Notes: generated from the sequence alone by a model not told the origin. Positions 1-11,503 are shown, counted from the first letter of the stretch. The stretch is 64,000 nucleotides of DNA from Rhodothermaceae bacterium (GCA_009838195.1 VXSC01000002.1:82139-146138); one strand, 5' to 3'. Numbers and translations are program-made.

Positions 1-878
1 AGTTTGGCACAGAGGAGCAGCGGACGACCTTTCTTCCTCGTTTAGCCACAGGAGAGATCATAGGTTGTTTCGGATTAACCGAACCGAATCATGGATCTGA
101 TCCCGGCTCAATGGAAACGACGGCGGTCCGCGATTCCGGCGGTTGGAGATTGAATGGAGCGAAAATGTGGATCACCAACTCTCCAATTGCAGATATCGCG
201 GTCGTGTGGGCGAAGGCAAAGGAATCCAAGGAGGATCCGGGTGTCATTCGGGGATTTCTCGTAGAGCGGGATAGCGAAGGACTTACAACTCCAAAGACCG
301 GCAATAAGATGAGCCTCCGGGCTTCCATAACGGGAGAAATTGTACTTCGTGATGTATTCGTTCCAGATGCAAGGGTATTCCCGGAGGTTCGGGGACTCCG
401 GGGACCATTCACCTGTCTCAATAGTGCTCGCTACGGCATCGTCTGGGGAGCCTGTGGAGCGGCAGAAAATTGCTTTGAACGAGCACGTCGGTATGTGATG
501 GAGCGAAGCCAGTTTGGACATTCGCTTGGAGCGATGCAGCTCGTACAAACAAAGCTGGCCAACATGCTTACGAGCATCACGCAAATGCAGCTATTGGCGT
601 GGAGGGTTGGCGAACTCATGGACGCAGATCAGGCCATCCCAGAAATGGTCTCGATGGCTAAGCGCAACAATTGCAATACCGCTTTAGAGATTGCGAGAAC
701 TGCACGCGATATGTTGGGCGGTAATGGGATCAGTGGCGAATTTCGGGTAATTCACCATATGGTCAACCTAGAAAGCGTAAATACTTATGAGGGCACCTAT
801 GATATTCACGGCCTTATACTCGGGCGTGCGATCACGGGAATTCAGGCCTTCGTTCCGCGTGGAAACCCACCAGAGTAG
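1..878 (+). CDS. gcdH: Acyl-CoA dehydrogenase, glutaryl-CoA dehydrogenase-like (5' end lies outside the window)
   Basis: The frame is open from position 3 ([34 protein letters not shown]). Motifs are [25 protein letters not shown] and [15 protein letters not shown]. Confidence 0.85.
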   Translation, partial: FGTEEQRTTFLPRLATGEIIGCFGLTEPNHGSDPGSMETTAVRDSGGWRLNGAKMWITNSPIADIAVVWAKAKESKEDPGVIRGFLVERDSEGLTTPKTGNKMSLRASITGEIVLRDVFVPDARVFPEVRGLRGPFTCLNSARYGIVWGACGAAENCFERARRYVMERSQFGHSLGAMQLVQTKLANMLTSITQMQLLAWRVGELMDADQAIPEMVSMAKRNNCNTALEIARTARDMLGGNGISGEFRVIHHMVNLESVNTYEGTYDIHGLILGRAITGIQAFVPRGNPPE

Positions 879-939
879 ACCTGCTATCTCCTGAAGAGTA
901 CTCCCACCAGCTTCCTGAGTCAGGTGTGGAGCTTGCGAA

Positions 940-977
940 ATCGGCCTTTCAGGCACGGATGTAACCGAAAGGCCGAT
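940..977. terminator. Inverted repeat between convergent gcdH and ppdK, possible terminator
   Basis: Perfect 11-bp inverted repeat ATCGGCCTTTC (940-950) / GAAAGGCCGAT (967-977). The U-tract is weak. Confidence 0.45.
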
Positions 978-997
978 CCCTTAGCGTATGTGTCGGC

Positions 998-3634
998 TTA
1001 TTTCTCTGCCAAATGGGCCTGCGCCGCAGACAGCCGCGCAATCGGAACTCTGAACGGAGAACAAGACACGTAATCCAGCCCCAGGCGGTAACAGAATGCA
1101 ACGGACTGTGGTTCTCCGCCATGCTCTCCACAAATGCCAACCTTTAAGCCGGTATTGGCACTTTTGCCACCCTCAGTAGCGACTTGAACAAGCTGGCCGA
1201 CCCCCTCCTGATCAAGAACCTGGAACGGATCATCCGGCAGAATCTTTTGCTCTACGTACCCGGGCAGGAATTTTCCAGCATCATCTCGGCTATACCCGAA
1301 GCACATCTGTGTCAAATCATTCGTGCCAAAGGAGAAGAAGTCTGCTTCCCTTGCGATCTCTTTTGCAGTCAATGCTGCTCGCGGAACCTCAATCATGGTT
1401 CCAATCAGATATTCTATACGGGTCCCCGTTTCTTTGAATACCGTCTCTGCAGTTTCCTGAATCAGGGCTTTCTGATTCCGAAATTCTTCTACCGTTCCAA
1501 TCAGAGGCACCATGATTTCTGGGTGAGGATCAATTCCCGCCTTTTTGGCTTCCACAGCTGCCTCAATAATTGCCCGTGTTTGCATGGTCGTGATTTCGGG
1601 GAAGGTAATCCCGAGGCGGCAGCCGCGATGCCCAAGCATCGGGTTAAATTCGTGAAGTTCCTCAATTTTCGCCTCCACTTCGCCGACAGGGACACCCATC
1701 AGTTCGGCCATTTCCGCTTTGCCGGCTTGATCATGAGGGAGAAATTCATGGAGCGGTGGGTCCAGTAAGCGAATCGTGACTGGCATACCGGACATCGCTT
1801 GGAAGATTCCAAAGAAGTCCTCCTTCTGGAAGGGGAGTAATTTGCTGAGCGCTGCTTCACGCGCGCTTTCGGATTCAGCCAAGATCATTTCCCGGACATT
1901 CTGGATACGATGTCCTTCGAAGAACATGTGTTCCGTGCGGCAGAGCCCAATCCCTTCAGCTCCAAAAGTGATAGCCTTTTCTGCATCTTCCGGGGTGTCA
2001 GCATTGGTTCGGACTCCCATTGGACGAACCTCATCCGTCCACTCCATGAAGGTTGCAAAATCTTCACTCATTTGGGCACTGACAAGTTCTTGAGCCCCAA
2101 GAATGACCTCACCAGATGAACCGTTAATGCTAATCCAGTCCCCTTCGTGGATAATCTTGTGTCCAACCTTAAAAGATTTGGTTGCATAACTGATCACGAT
2201 ATCTCCGCAGCCTGCGACACACGGTTTTCCCCAACCACGTGCCACGACGGCTGCATGGCTGGTCATTCCACCTCTTGAAGTTAAGATTCCCTGGGCCGCA
2301 TCCATCCCGCCCACATCTTCCGGGCTCGTTTCAATGCGGACCAGAATCACTTTTTTGCCATCTTTGGCCCAGGCCTCAGCTTCGTCCGCTGTAAAAACAA
2401 CTCGTCCGACTGCAGCTCCAGGTGAAGCGGGTAATCCGGTAGCCAGGACGTCATCCTGATAGGCAAGCTCATCTTTGAATCCTGGATGGAGCAGTTGATC
2501 AAGGTGCCCAGGCTCAACGAGATCACGGACGGCGGTGACCTTGTCGGTGATCCCTTCGTTCACCAGATCGACAGCCGTACGGAGGGCAGCACGCCCGGTC
2601 CGCTTTCCGTTACGGGTCTGCAAGATATAGAGCGATCCATCCTGGATCGTAAACTCGATATCTTGCATGTTCTGGTAATGTTTTTCGAGTGCGGTCGTCA
2701 TTTCCAGCAACTCTTTATAGGGTCGAGGAAATTCTTTTGTCATTTCCGAGATGGGTTTCGGCGTACGAATACCGGCAACGACATCCTCCCCCTGAGCATT
2801 GACCAGATATTCGCCATAAAGCTCGGGCTCTCCGTTCGAAGGGTTGCGGGTAAAGCAGACCCCGGTTCCACTGCTCTCCCCCATGTTCCCGTAGACCATT
2901 GCCTGCACATTGACAGCAGTACCGAGTAAGCCGGTAATCTTATTAATACGGCGGTACTTGATTGCGCGCATACTGTCCCATGAATTAAATACTGCATTTA
3001 TCGAATGCTCCAATTGTATTTGCGGGTCGGTGGGGAAGGAATGGCCAGTATGTTTTTCGTAGATAGACTTGAATTCCAGTACTAGAATCTTCAGGTCCTC
3101 TGCATCCAAGTCTAGATCATCGGTGACTTTTTTGGCTTTTTTCATCGAAGCAATTGCTTCTTCAAAGTAGTGATGGTGGACTCCCATCACGACATCTCCA
3201 AACATATCAATAAAACGGCGGTACGCATCATAGGCGAAGCGCTCATTCCCGGTTTCCTTGGCAAGTCCCATCACGACATCGTCGTTCAGGCCCAAGTTGA
3301 GCACAGTATCCATCATGCCGGGCATGGACTGTGCGGCACCGCTTCTGACAGAGACGAGAAGTGGACGTTCAGGATCTCCCAGCGTACGCCCAAGAGCTTT
3401 CTCAAGATGATGTATTCCGTCTTGAATCTGTTCCCGAAGCCCTTCAGGCCAAGTATGCTCGTTGCTACTGTAGAAGCGACAGGCTTCCGTCGTTACGGTG
3501 AAGCCAGGGGGAACGGGCAGGCCGATGGAACTCATCTCTGCCAAGTTGGCCCCCTTGCCACCAAGCAAGGCTCTCATTTCTTTTGAACCTTCAGTTGCTC
3601 CGTTACCGAAGCGATATACATATTGGGTGGACAT
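998..3634 (-). CDS. ppdK: Pyruvate, phosphate dikinase
   Basis: 878 aa with [18 protein letters not shown], phospho-His motif [34 protein letters not shown] and GICGEHGG. Confidence 0.98.
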   Translation of the reverse strand: MSTQYVYRFGNGATEGSKEMRALLGGKGANLAEMSSIGLPVPPGFTVTTEACRFYSSNEHTWPEGLREQIQDGIHHLEKALGRTLGDPERPLLVSVRSGAAQSMPGMMDTVLNLGLNDDVVMGLAKETGNERFAYDAYRRFIDMFGDVVMGVHHHYFEEAIASMKKAKKVTDDLDLDAEDLKILVLEFKSIYEKHTGHSFPTDPQIQLEHSINAVFNSWDSMRAIKYRRINKITGLLGTAVNVQAMVYGNMGESSGTGVCFTRNPSNGEPELYGEYLVNAQGEDVVAGIRTPKPISEMTKEFPRPYKELLEMTTALEKHYQNMQDIEFTIQDGSLYILQTRNGKRTGRAALRTAVDLVNEGITDKVTAVRDLVEPGHLDQLLHPGFKDELAYQDDVLATGLPASPGAAVGRVVFTADEAEAWAKDGKKVILVRIETSPEDVGGMDAAQGILTSRGGMTSHAAVVARGWGKPCVAGCGDIVISYATKSFKVGHKIIHEGDWISINGSSGEVILGAQELVSAQMSEDFATFMEWTDEVRPMGVRTNADTPEDAEKAITFGAEGIGLCRTEHMFFEGHRIQNVREMILAESESAREAALSKLLPFQKEDFFGIFQAMSGMPVTIRLLDPPLHEFLPHDQAGKAEMAELMGVPVGEVEAKIEELHEFNPMLGHRGCRLGITFPEITTMQTRAIIEAAVEAKKAGIDPHPEIMVPLIGTVEEFRNQKALIQETAETVFKETGTRIEYLIGTMIEVPRAALTAKEIAREADFFSFGTNDLTQMCFGYSRDDAGKFLPGYVEQKILPDDPFQVLDQEGVGQLVQVATEGGKSANTGLKVGICGEHGGEPQSVAFCYRLGLDYVSCSPFRVPIARLSAAQAHLAEK

Positions 3635-3795
3635 GATTAATTTTTTAAATGGTAGTCAGTCTAGTGAAGGCGATTTTCATCACACGGAGCAGCAAATTTA
3701 ATGCAAAAATCGTTATTGGCACCAACGATACAGTCTATATCTTGGAACGTTGTATCTCGCTGTGCGTGTGAACGGCGCCAGAATTCATTTGCCCT

Positions 3796-6201
3796 ATGTC
3801 AAGTTTGGTAATTGTTGAATCTCCTACGAAGGCCAGGACGATTAGTCGGTTTCTGCCTTCATCAAAATATCGGATTATGGCTAGTTGGGGACACATCCGT
3901 GATCTGCCCCGAAATGCAAAGGAGATTCCGGCCAAGTATAAAAAGGAGCCCTGGGCCACGCTTGCCGTACAGATTGAGGACGGCGAGTTTAAGCCTCTTT
4001 ATATCATTCCCCCAGACAAGCGTAAGGTGATCAAAGAACTCAAGGATGCCCTCATTCAGGCTGATGAGTTGTTGATTGCAACGGACGAAGATCGTGAAGG
4101 CGAGGCCATCGGTTGGCATCTGATCGAGGTGCTCAAACCGAAGGTGCCTGTGCGCCGAATGGTGTTTCACGAAATTACAAGAAGAGCCATTGACAAGGCG
4201 CTCACTAATACCCGTGATGTAAATCAGAATCTGGTTGAAGCCCAAGAATCCCGGAGAGTCTTGGATCGCCTGGTAGGTTACAAGATTTCACCGGTATTAT
4301 GGAGGAAGATTGGCAAAGGTACCAGTGCGGGGCGCGTCCAGAGTGTTGCGGTCCGGCTTTTAGTTGAGCGCGAAAAAAAGCGTATGGAATTTTTGCCTGC
4401 TCAGCATTGGGATCTGGAAGCAACCTTACAGGCCAATACCGACCAATTCAAGGCCACGATGACGCATCTTGGAGATCGGAGGTTGGCGACGGGGCGTGAT
4501 TTTGATGATAATACCGGTGAGATCAAAAAATCTCTGAAAGATTCAGGGATCCTTCTTTTAGGAAAACAGGAGGCTGATCAATTGGTCGCCCAACTCCCCT
4601 CGGCAGATTGGCGTGTTGCCAGCATTACCTCCAAAGAACGGAAGCGAACCCCTGCGGCCCCATTTATCACCTCTTCACTGCAGCAGGAAGGTAGTCGTAA
4701 GTTCGGATGGGGAGCTAGCAAAACGATGACGGTTGCTCAGAAACTCTACGAGCGCGGATTCATCACCTATATGCGTACGGATTCGATTACTCTCTCCCAG
4801 GAGGCCCTCACTGCGGCGCGTGAAGCAATTGTGCGTACGTATGGGGAGGAGTACTTGAGTAAGCATGTTCGTCGGTACAAGAGCAAAGTAGCGAATGCTC
4901 AGGAAGCTCATGAGGCAATCCGCCCTGCCGGCCGGGAGATGAAGACCGCCAGTCAACTCGGATTGCACGGAGATGAAAGGAAATTATATGACCTGATCTG
5001 GAAACGCACGGTCGCAAGCCAAATGCCAGATGCCAGGATGCGGGATATCAAGGTGATTTCTATGGCTACCCTTCAAGGTAGTCCGCCAGTACATTTTCGA
5101 TCAACCGGGCGACAAGTGTTATTTCCCGGGTTTTTACTGGTGTACGTTGAGGGCAGTGATAACCCTGAAAAAGTAAAAGAGAGTACTGAGAAGTACCTGC
5201 CAGCGCTTGAAGCTCAGCAGCCATTACAGTGTGTGGATCTCGAATCAAAAGACCACGAGACAAAACCTCCTGCCCGCTATACGGAAGCATCGTTGATCAG
5301 GAAATTAGAAGAGGAAGGGATTGGTCGCCCCAGCACCTACGCCACCATTGTCAGCACAATCCAGGAACGGGGCAGTGCAATCAAGTCTGGCTCAGCACTC
5401 GCTCCAACACTCCGTGGATTTGCGACGAATGCGTTCATGGAGGAACGTTTCGAATCTCTCGTAGATGTCGGCTTTACCGCACAGATGGAGAAGCGTTTGG
5501 ATGAAATTGCACAGGGCAGGGCAAAGGGACAGGAGTTTCTCTACACGATTGATCAGGGAGAGGAGGGACTCCAGAACCGGGTAGAAATGGCCATGGATCA
5601 AGTGGATTCTCGCGCAATCTCCACGATTCATTCCCCCAAATTGAAGCAGTGCATCGTTCGAGTGGGGCGCTATGGACCATATGTGCAGGCAACCATTGAC
5701 GGAAAGGAGTTGCGGAGTACCGTCCCGGACCACTATTTACCTGCCGATGTTGATGATGAAAAATTGCTTGGTCTTCTCAAAGCAGCAAAAGCTCCCGCCA
5801 AACAGTTGGGTATTCACCCTGAAAGTGGCCAAACGATTTTACTCAAGAGTGGTACCTATGGCCACTATATTGAACTTGTGGAACCGGAAGGATCAAAAAA
5901 TAAACCCCGACGAAAATCAATCCCCAAAGGGGTTCAACTAGAGGATGTAAATCTGGAGCTTGCCTTGGAACTGCTCAGGTTTCCGGTTGAATTAGGGGTG
6001 GATGCGAAGACAGGGGAGCGAGTATTCTTTGATAAAGGTCAGTACGGGCCATTTGTAAAGCGAGGAAAACTAAATGCATCGGTTGGAAAAAATCGAGGTT
6101 TAGGAGAGATCACGCTGGACGAGGCGATTGAGCTACTGAACAAGAAGGCTGCAAGCCCCCGCAAGAGTGGGAGGGGGCGAAGGCGGTCAAAAAAGAGATA
6201 G
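3796..6201 (+). CDS. topA: DNA topoisomerase I (type IA) with C-terminal repeats and a basic tail
   Basis: TOPRIM LVIVESPTKARTI, ATDEDREGEAI, SAGRVQS, active site GFITYMRTDS, AQEAHEAIRP and GRYGPY-type C-terminal repeats. Confidence 0.98.
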   Translation: MSSLVIVESPTKARTISRFLPSSKYRIMASWGHIRDLPRNAKEIPAKYKKEPWATLAVQIEDGEFKPLYIIPPDKRKVIKELKDALIQADELLIATDEDREGEAIGWHLIEVLKPKVPVRRMVFHEITRRAIDKALTNTRDVNQNLVEAQESRRVLDRLVGYKISPVLWRKIGKGTSAGRVQSVAVRLLVEREKKRMEFLPAQHWDLEATLQANTDQFKATMTHLGDRRLATGRDFDDNTGEIKKSLKDSGILLLGKQEADQLVAQLPSADWRVASITSKERKRTPAAPFITSSLQQEGSRKFGWGASKTMTVAQKLYERGFITYMRTDSITLSQEALTAAREAIVRTYGEEYLSKHVRRYKSKVANAQEAHEAIRPAGREMKTASQLGLHGDERKLYDLIWKRTVASQMPDARMRDIKVISMATLQGSPPVHFRSTGRQVLFPGFLLVYVEGSDNPEKVKESTEKYLPALEAQQPLQCVDLESKDHETKPPARYTEASLIRKLEEEGIGRPSTYATIVSTIQERGSAIKSGSALAPTLRGFATNAFMEERFESLVDVGFTAQMEKRLDEIAQGRAKGQEFLYTIDQGEEGLQNRVEMAMDQVDSRAISTIHSPKLKQCIVRVGRYGPYVQATIDGKELRSTVPDHYLPADVDDEKLLGLLKAAKAPAKQLGIHPESGQTILLKSGTYGHYIELVEPEGSKNKPRRKSIPKGVQLEDVNLELALELLRFPVELGVDAKTGERVFFDKGQYGPFVKRGKLNASVGKNRGLGEITLDEAIELLNKKAASPRKSGRGRRRSKKR

Positions 6202-6288
6202 GGCAACACCCTTGACTCCGATTTATTGACTTTTTGGGGACAATTTCCTATCCTCAGCTTGGCAATTCCGCACATTTGTTCCGACCCG

Positions 6289-7509
6289 ATGAAGAACCAC
6301 GCTGTAAGCACACCCTCCGCCAACGCAAGGATTGTACTGTACGGAGCCATCGTCCTAGTAGCCATCTATGGGTTGTTGATGTCCGCCACCACGCTTGCTG
6401 CTCAGACGATAGTTGAGAGTGAAGAACCAAGTCGCTCTGACCTGACCCTGTCGGACGAGCCGTTGGCGCGTATCGGTGTCCTTGAAGGTCCAATGGAATA
6501 CATGTTCGGCGAAATAACCGGCGCGATTCGGCTCGAAGACGGAAGTGTAGTTGTGGCGGATGAGCAGAGCTATGAAGTTCGGATGTTCGACGCCAGTGGT
6601 CGGCATTTGTGGACAAGCGGACAACAAGGCGAGGGACCAGGAGAGTATGGGGGACTCCGGTTGCTGAGAGGTTGTCCGGGAGCCGCCATCACGGTTTTCG
6701 ACTGGCATTTGGACCGAATTACCGAACTCGACGCGGAGGGCGACTTGATCGACACCCGGAGGCTCAGCGAGGCCGGAGTAAATCCGTACAGCGAGCCCAT
6801 GTGTGCACCCGATGCCAGTTTAATTTTCACGCCTTGGCCGGACCGCACGGACTACGCATCCTTGAAGGTGGGTGAGATCTTCCGCTGGAGCATGTCGCTG
6901 AGCCGGACGCAGGGTGACAGTGTGATGATCCTGCGTTCTGGGATACCCGGTACGGAGCGTTTCTTTTATGGTGGGGGCACCGGGCCGAGGGAGTGGGGAA
7001 AGGTCATGGTCTTCGCGGCGACTGACACTGGCGTGTGGTACGGGTCGGGCGATGACTACGAACTCGAACACGTCGACTGGAGTGGTCGTGTCACGCGCAT
7101 TGCGCGGTGGACCGGACCAGACCGGGAGGTGACAACTGGGCATCTCGACCGCTATCTGAACGCCTACTTGGCCCGGTACGACACACCTGCGGAGCGCCAG
7201 CGCTTCGAGAGGGAGCGTTGGCCGGACATTCGGAATGACCTACCGGAGCAGTTTCCCGCCTTCGAAACGGACGGGCTTATGGCGCTGCCGGACGGCAGCC
7301 TGTGGGTCACCACCTTCGGTTGGCGGTCGCTGGACCAGGAACTCCACCTGCTGCACCCAAGCGGCGCGTGGGTGGCTCGCCTCATCGTCCCCGCGCGCTC
7401 GACGCTACTGGATGCCGGGTCGGACTGGGTACTCCTTTTGGAGCGCGGCGAATTCGGTGAGCACAGCGTGGCTGTGTATAAGTTGGTGGAGGCGGGCGAT
7501 GCCGGTTAG
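6289..7509 (+). CDS. Secreted 6-bladed beta-propeller (NHL/TolB-like) protein
   Basis: Signal peptide ending in TLAAQ. IGVLEGPMEYMFG and GQQGEGPGEY are blade motifs typical of this family. I prefer ATG 6289 over TTG 6226. Confidence 0.7.
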   Translation: MKNHAVSTPSANARIVLYGAIVLVAIYGLLMSATTLAAQTIVESEEPSRSDLTLSDEPLARIGVLEGPMEYMFGEITGAIRLEDGSVVVADEQSYEVRMFDASGRHLWTSGQQGEGPGEYGGLRLLRGCPGAAITVFDWHLDRITELDAEGDLIDTRRLSEAGVNPYSEPMCAPDASLIFTPWPDRTDYASLKVGEIFRWSMSLSRTQGDSVMILRSGIPGTERFFYGGGTGPREWGKVMVFAATDTGVWYGSGDDYELEHVDWSGRVTRIARWTGPDREVTTGHLDRYLNAYLARYDTPAERQRFERERWPDIRNDLPEQFPAFETDGLMALPDGSLWVTTFGWRSLDQELHLLHPSGAWVARLIVPARSTLLDAGSDWVLLLERGEFGEHSVAVYKLVEAGDAG

Positions 7510-7671
7510 TGCGGATGGCCGGATCGGGCCTGTCACCAAACGGGAAACCAAATGCGAACTCCCTCCTCCACCGCGCGAGATCTTCCGGCGGTGAGGTAGT
7601 CGGCGCCCGGCCATGGGACCTTTAATGCTATGATATCAATTTAATTCGCTTTAGGTAACCGAATCTTTGAT

Positions 7672-7923
7672 ATGTATAAAGCGCGCATCACAGTTACGCT
7701 CCGCCCGGCCATATTGGATCCACAGGGAAAAGCTACGCATCATGCATTGCAGAATTTGGGCTTTGACCAGATAAGCTCTGTTCGAATTGGCAAGTACATG
7801 GAACTTCAGGTCTCTGCAGATACGGAAGAGGATGCAGAGTCTGTGACACGTGCCGCCTGCGAAAAGTTACTTGCCAATCCGATTATGGAAGATTACAAGG
7901 TCCAGATTGAACCGGTAAGTTAG
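7672..7923 (+). CDS. purS: Phosphoribosylformylglycinamidine synthase subunit PurS
   Basis: 83 aa with ILDPQGKA, VRIGKY and CEKLLANPIMEDY. Confidence 0.96.
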   Translation: MYKARITVTLRPAILDPQGKATHHALQNLGFDQISSVRIGKYMELQVSADTEEDAESVTRAACEKLLANPIMEDYKVQIEPVS

Positions 7924-8014
7924 GAGGTCGGAGAGTCTCTGACTACACCCTCTTTACAGAGTGCGTCAAAAAATGTGTCACGTGTTGTTCCGTGGGCACC
8001 AATTGTCCAATTAA

Positions 8015-8570
8015 TCATCGGATCGGACGCGTCGAAAAGTCTTTCTGCAGAGAAGGGAAGTCACGAAATAGTTCTTTCTGTCCCCCAGTGCGCTCATACA
8101 TCACCTCACTTTTGACTCCTGCTACTGCCATCCTTGAGTAGGTGCTCAACTTCGATTCCTTCCTGTACTAGGGCCTCCCCAATCATACCGGATCGGTGGC
8201 ACTGTGTTGGATTTGCCTCGGCACATAGCAGGCAGACGATATAATTTCGCTCGCAGGCCGAACGCAAACGTGCAATACCCTCCTTGAAGAAAGGCATTGC
8301 GCGCACCTTCTCGTAATTCACATGGTTATTATCGTAACAAGATTCATCGTCCGGGCGTCCGCCCAACTGGTGTCCCATGAATCCATACTTCAGTCCTGCG
8401 TTGCGAAGTGCTGTTGCCAGTGGTTTTCGTGCAAACTCAGGCTGATACTTGGAGTAAGAAACCGAGCGAACGTCAATCACAAACTGGATCTCTTTAGCTC
8501 GTATCTGGCGCACAATTTCGTCCACTGTGCGTCCCCCGTGTCCGACCGTATATACACGAAATTTAGACAT
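8015..8570 (-). CDS. DUF488-family protein, probably frameshifted near the C-terminus (the intact ORF is 8106-8570)
   Basis: YTVGHG, VIDVRS, LGGRP and CLLCAEANPTQCHR motifs. A plausible tail continues in the adjacent frame to 8015. Confidence 0.75.
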
Positions 8571-8636
8571 GTCAATTCAAAGATAGGCGATGATGTGTCA
8601 GTTGTCGAGTTACCTGCTTATAAGGCCCAGCTCCGG

Positions 8637-8961
8637 TCAAAAGATTCGGTTAAATACGTAATTGCCAATAAATTTGCCATCGTAACCGTAGACATGAACT
8701 TGTGTATCCATTAGATCGACGTAGCACATAGTACCATTGTGATCGATATCAAAATTCACCAATAACCCGATCATTTCATATGCATTACCCTCATCAACAC
8801 CTACCGTTGCTATATCCATCATGTCCCAACTCGAAGCGGGGATCCGAGGAAATAGGAGTATATTCTTTCGTCGGATGAATTACCGACTGAGCAGATGTTT
8901 TTAACGGAGGCAGCAGAACCACGACCGATAGAACAAGACCACGTCTGACGCAAAGCAGCAA
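8637..8961 (-). pseudogene. Truncated, frameshifted remnant of a secreted beta-propeller gene
   Basis: ORF 8637-8822 (IATVGVDEGNAYEMIG...VHVYGYDGKFIG) resembles the first blade of the 6289-7509 protein. A signal-peptide-like stretch (LVLSVVVLLPPLKTSAQ) lies upstream in another frame. Confidence 0.55.
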
Positions 8962-8995
8962 CTGCCCAGCATGAGGGAAGACGCGGAAATTCGGG

Positions 8996-11503
8996 TTAGT
9001 TCAGAAACTTGTAGCTGAACTTGAGCAACAGCACGTTCACAGGGGGGAGATTGAACGTGTCGGCCAACTGGTTTGACGTGGTTTGATCAAAGGGAGAAAT
9101 ACCGCCCACATCAAACAGGTCTGCGTCATCACTCGTTGAGCGGGCTTGTGACCACACCAGGTACAGCACAGATCCTGGACGGTACTCCCAGCGCAGTACG
9201 GTGTTGGTCTGGAATCTGCTAAAGGCAAAATCGTACTGCTTGGGCCATGCAGGAACCGGGACGAGCGTGTCCCGATTTTGTAGTACTTCAAAGCTGGTGT
9301 ATTGTCCGCGGGCTGCAAAAAGTTGCCCGTAGAACTGGATCACTAAGTTGGGAGACAGGGTGATGCCAGTACGCAAGGTAATATCAGCAGACCGCGTATT
9401 GCGATGACCAAATAGGGGCACGTAATGATTGCCCTCGTCGTCCCAGGGCTCACGTGCCGAGAGTGCATTGTTGAGTGCCGCATTGGTAGGAATTGGACGC
9501 CATGCCTCTATCTCGGACGGATCATCATTACTTTCTTCTCCGATCAATAAAGTATTCCCACTGAAGGAGAGGGCTTCATTGGCGGCCCATTCAGTAGTAT
9601 TGATTTCACGACCCAGCCCAACCTCCAGAGACAGGTTGAGTTTGGGAGTAGCAGTCCACTCCAGTTCCAGTTCAGGCTCTACGACTCGTCCTCCATCCGC
9701 AAACATAACTCCCGCAATAGCGGGCTCGAGGGTCCATTTACGGCGGGTATCGGTTCTGTATCCAACCTCGAATTCGAACTCCCGCGGGCGGGCCCGTGCG
9801 TCCAATCCCCGAGTTTCGTATTCATTGTATCCCCCGAAGAGATAGTCAGTCTGGAAATTCACTTCCACCTCACTGTAGCTGTTCAGGGTCCAGTCAGAAC
9901 GAAAGAATGTGCCAACACCATCGTGCAGTCGCTCGTCGTAGGAAAAGCCGCCCCCACTGAACAAAAAAGCAGATGCACGGCGGAAAGGTCCAAAGGGCGC
10001 CCCTCCATTAATTTGGTGGAAGACTCCACCAGAGAAATTTACATAATTATTTTGGCGTAGGCGTCCAATGTCATTGGGGTTATATCCATCGCTGATGACC
10101 GCCACGTCGGCGGAAAAATTCCATATACTACGTTGGCGATCTGCACTGAGCGTCAATGCATATCCCTGTTCGGACTCGCCATCTTCGATGCGATGAGTTC
10201 CACTAAACTGCCCCGAAATACTGTACATATTGTCCAAGATGCGGATGTCCCAGTCGGTCCCACCCGTATAACTTCGTTCACCATGTTTGTTGTCATAGAG
10301 GGTTGCGATGCCACCGATACTGGAGAGGGTACCGATACGTTGCCGTACACGACCAACACTATAGAGGTTCTCTGGGTTGTAATCATCTCCCGTAGACGCA
10401 CCAAAGAACCCAAAATCGAGCCCTTTTTCTGTTCTTCCAGAGAGTTTGGCTGCACCTAATACAGCGGCGTGTGAGCCAACGCGTCGTGTATACAAGAGCG
10501 ACCCTCCTCGTACGACGTTGTAATTGAAGATAGACACACCCTCTGTGAAGAATGGTCTTCTTTCAGGAAAAAAGGTCTCAAAAGCCGTCAGGTTCAGCTC
10601 GGCAGGATCCGCCTCGACCTGTCCGAAGTCTGGGTTAATCGTTGCGTCAAGCGTGACGTTGGAGGAGATTCCGATCTTCACGTCAGCTCCCACATCTCCA
10701 GAATAGGATGAGGTAGATTCTTCAGAGTCACGGGTAGTACTCCCAACCGTGTACGGGGTGACTTGAATGTTTCGTCGGGGACGAATTTCGATAATTCCTT
10801 CCAGGGTACCATATTGTGCAACCACCCCACTTCTGCGTTCAGCTCGTGGTATGAGTACCCAGTCGCTTACCTCCCCAAGTCTCGGAATGACACGTCGAAA
10901 ATTGATCCCCCAGCGCTGGTTAGGTGTATCGGAAAATCGGAGCATCGTAAAGGGGATTCGCATTTCTACGACCCATCCCTCCGGAGTACTACGCACAGCA
11001 CTTCGCCAAACTGCATCCCAGGAAGTGTCAAAATCAAAGCCCCCACCTCCTCCGCCTCCACCAGGCCCACCGCCAGTGTAAATTCCATCTGCCTGCACGC
11101 CCGCCGCATTGACTCCAAAATTATATGCCGTCTTGCGATCCAGATAGGAGTCAATGGATGCGATAAACCAGTCCGCCTGGTTGAATTCATCTCGGCGACC
11201 CAGTGTGCGTCGAATCTGTTCAGGTTCCGTATCCCGGAGAACGGCACTGATGAAAATCTGACTCTCTCCGTAAAGAACACGAACCTCAGTCTGCTGGGTG
11301 GCGGGATCTCCTTCATTCGGTGAGTATTGGGTAAAATCCGTGGCGATAGCCGCACCAAGCCATGCTTCTTCATTGAGCACGCCATCTATCTCGATATTCT
11401 GCGAGACGTAAGATGCGGAAAGCCTACAGTCCTCAGGGCAGTTGTCAGGGAGGACTGCCGAGGGTAGAGTACCCATCAACAAAGCCGATACTATGAGGAG
11501 CAT
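8996..11503 (-). CDS. Secreted CBM9-like/DUF5916-type protein with a probable C-terminal outer-membrane barrel
   Basis: Signal peptide, IDGVLNEEAW, GWVVEMRIPF, TINPDFGQVEAD, FFPERRPFFTEG and C-terminal LRWEYRPGS...LKFSY. Confidence 0.8.
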   Translation of the reverse strand: MLLIVSALLMGTLPSAVLPDNCPEDCRLSASYVSQNIEIDGVLNEEAWLGAAIATDFTQYSPNEGDPATQQTEVRVLYGESQIFISAVLRDTEPEQIRRTLGRRDEFNQADWFIASIDSYLDRKTAYNFGVNAAGVQADGIYTGGGPGGGGGGGGFDFDTSWDAVWRSAVRSTPEGWVVEMRIPFTMLRFSDTPNQRWGINFRRVIPRLGEVSDWVLIPRAERRSGVVAQYGTLEGIIEIRPRRNIQVTPYTVGSTTRDSEESTSSYSGDVGADVKIGISSNVTLDATINPDFGQVEADPAELNLTAFETFFPERRPFFTEGVSIFNYNVVRGGSLLYTRRVGSHAAVLGAAKLSGRTEKGLDFGFFGASTGDDYNPENLYSVGRVRQRIGTLSSIGGIATLYDNKHGERSYTGGTDWDIRILDNMYSISGQFSGTHRIEDGESEQGYALTLSADRQRSIWNFSADVAVISDGYNPNDIGRLRQNNYVNFSGGVFHQINGGAPFGPFRRASAFLFSGGGFSYDERLHDGVGTFFRSDWTLNSYSEVEVNFQTDYLFGGYNEYETRGLDARARPREFEFEVGYRTDTRRKWTLEPAIAGVMFADGGRVVEPELELEWTATPKLNLSLEVGLGREINTTEWAANEALSFSGNTLLIGEESNDDPSEIEAWRPIPTNAALNNALSAREPWDDEGNHYVPLFGHRNTRSADITLRTGITLSPNLVIQFYGQLFAARGQYTSFEVLQNRDTLVPVPAWPKQYDFAFSRFQTNTVLRWEYRPGSVLYLVWSQARSTSDDADLFDVGGISPFDQTTSNQLADTFNLPPVNVLLLKFSYKFLN

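Noticed and set aside
11038..11077. Poly-Gly tract as a phase-variable repeat
   Set aside because: It is encoded by mixed Gly codons and stays in frame, so it is probably a flexible loop.
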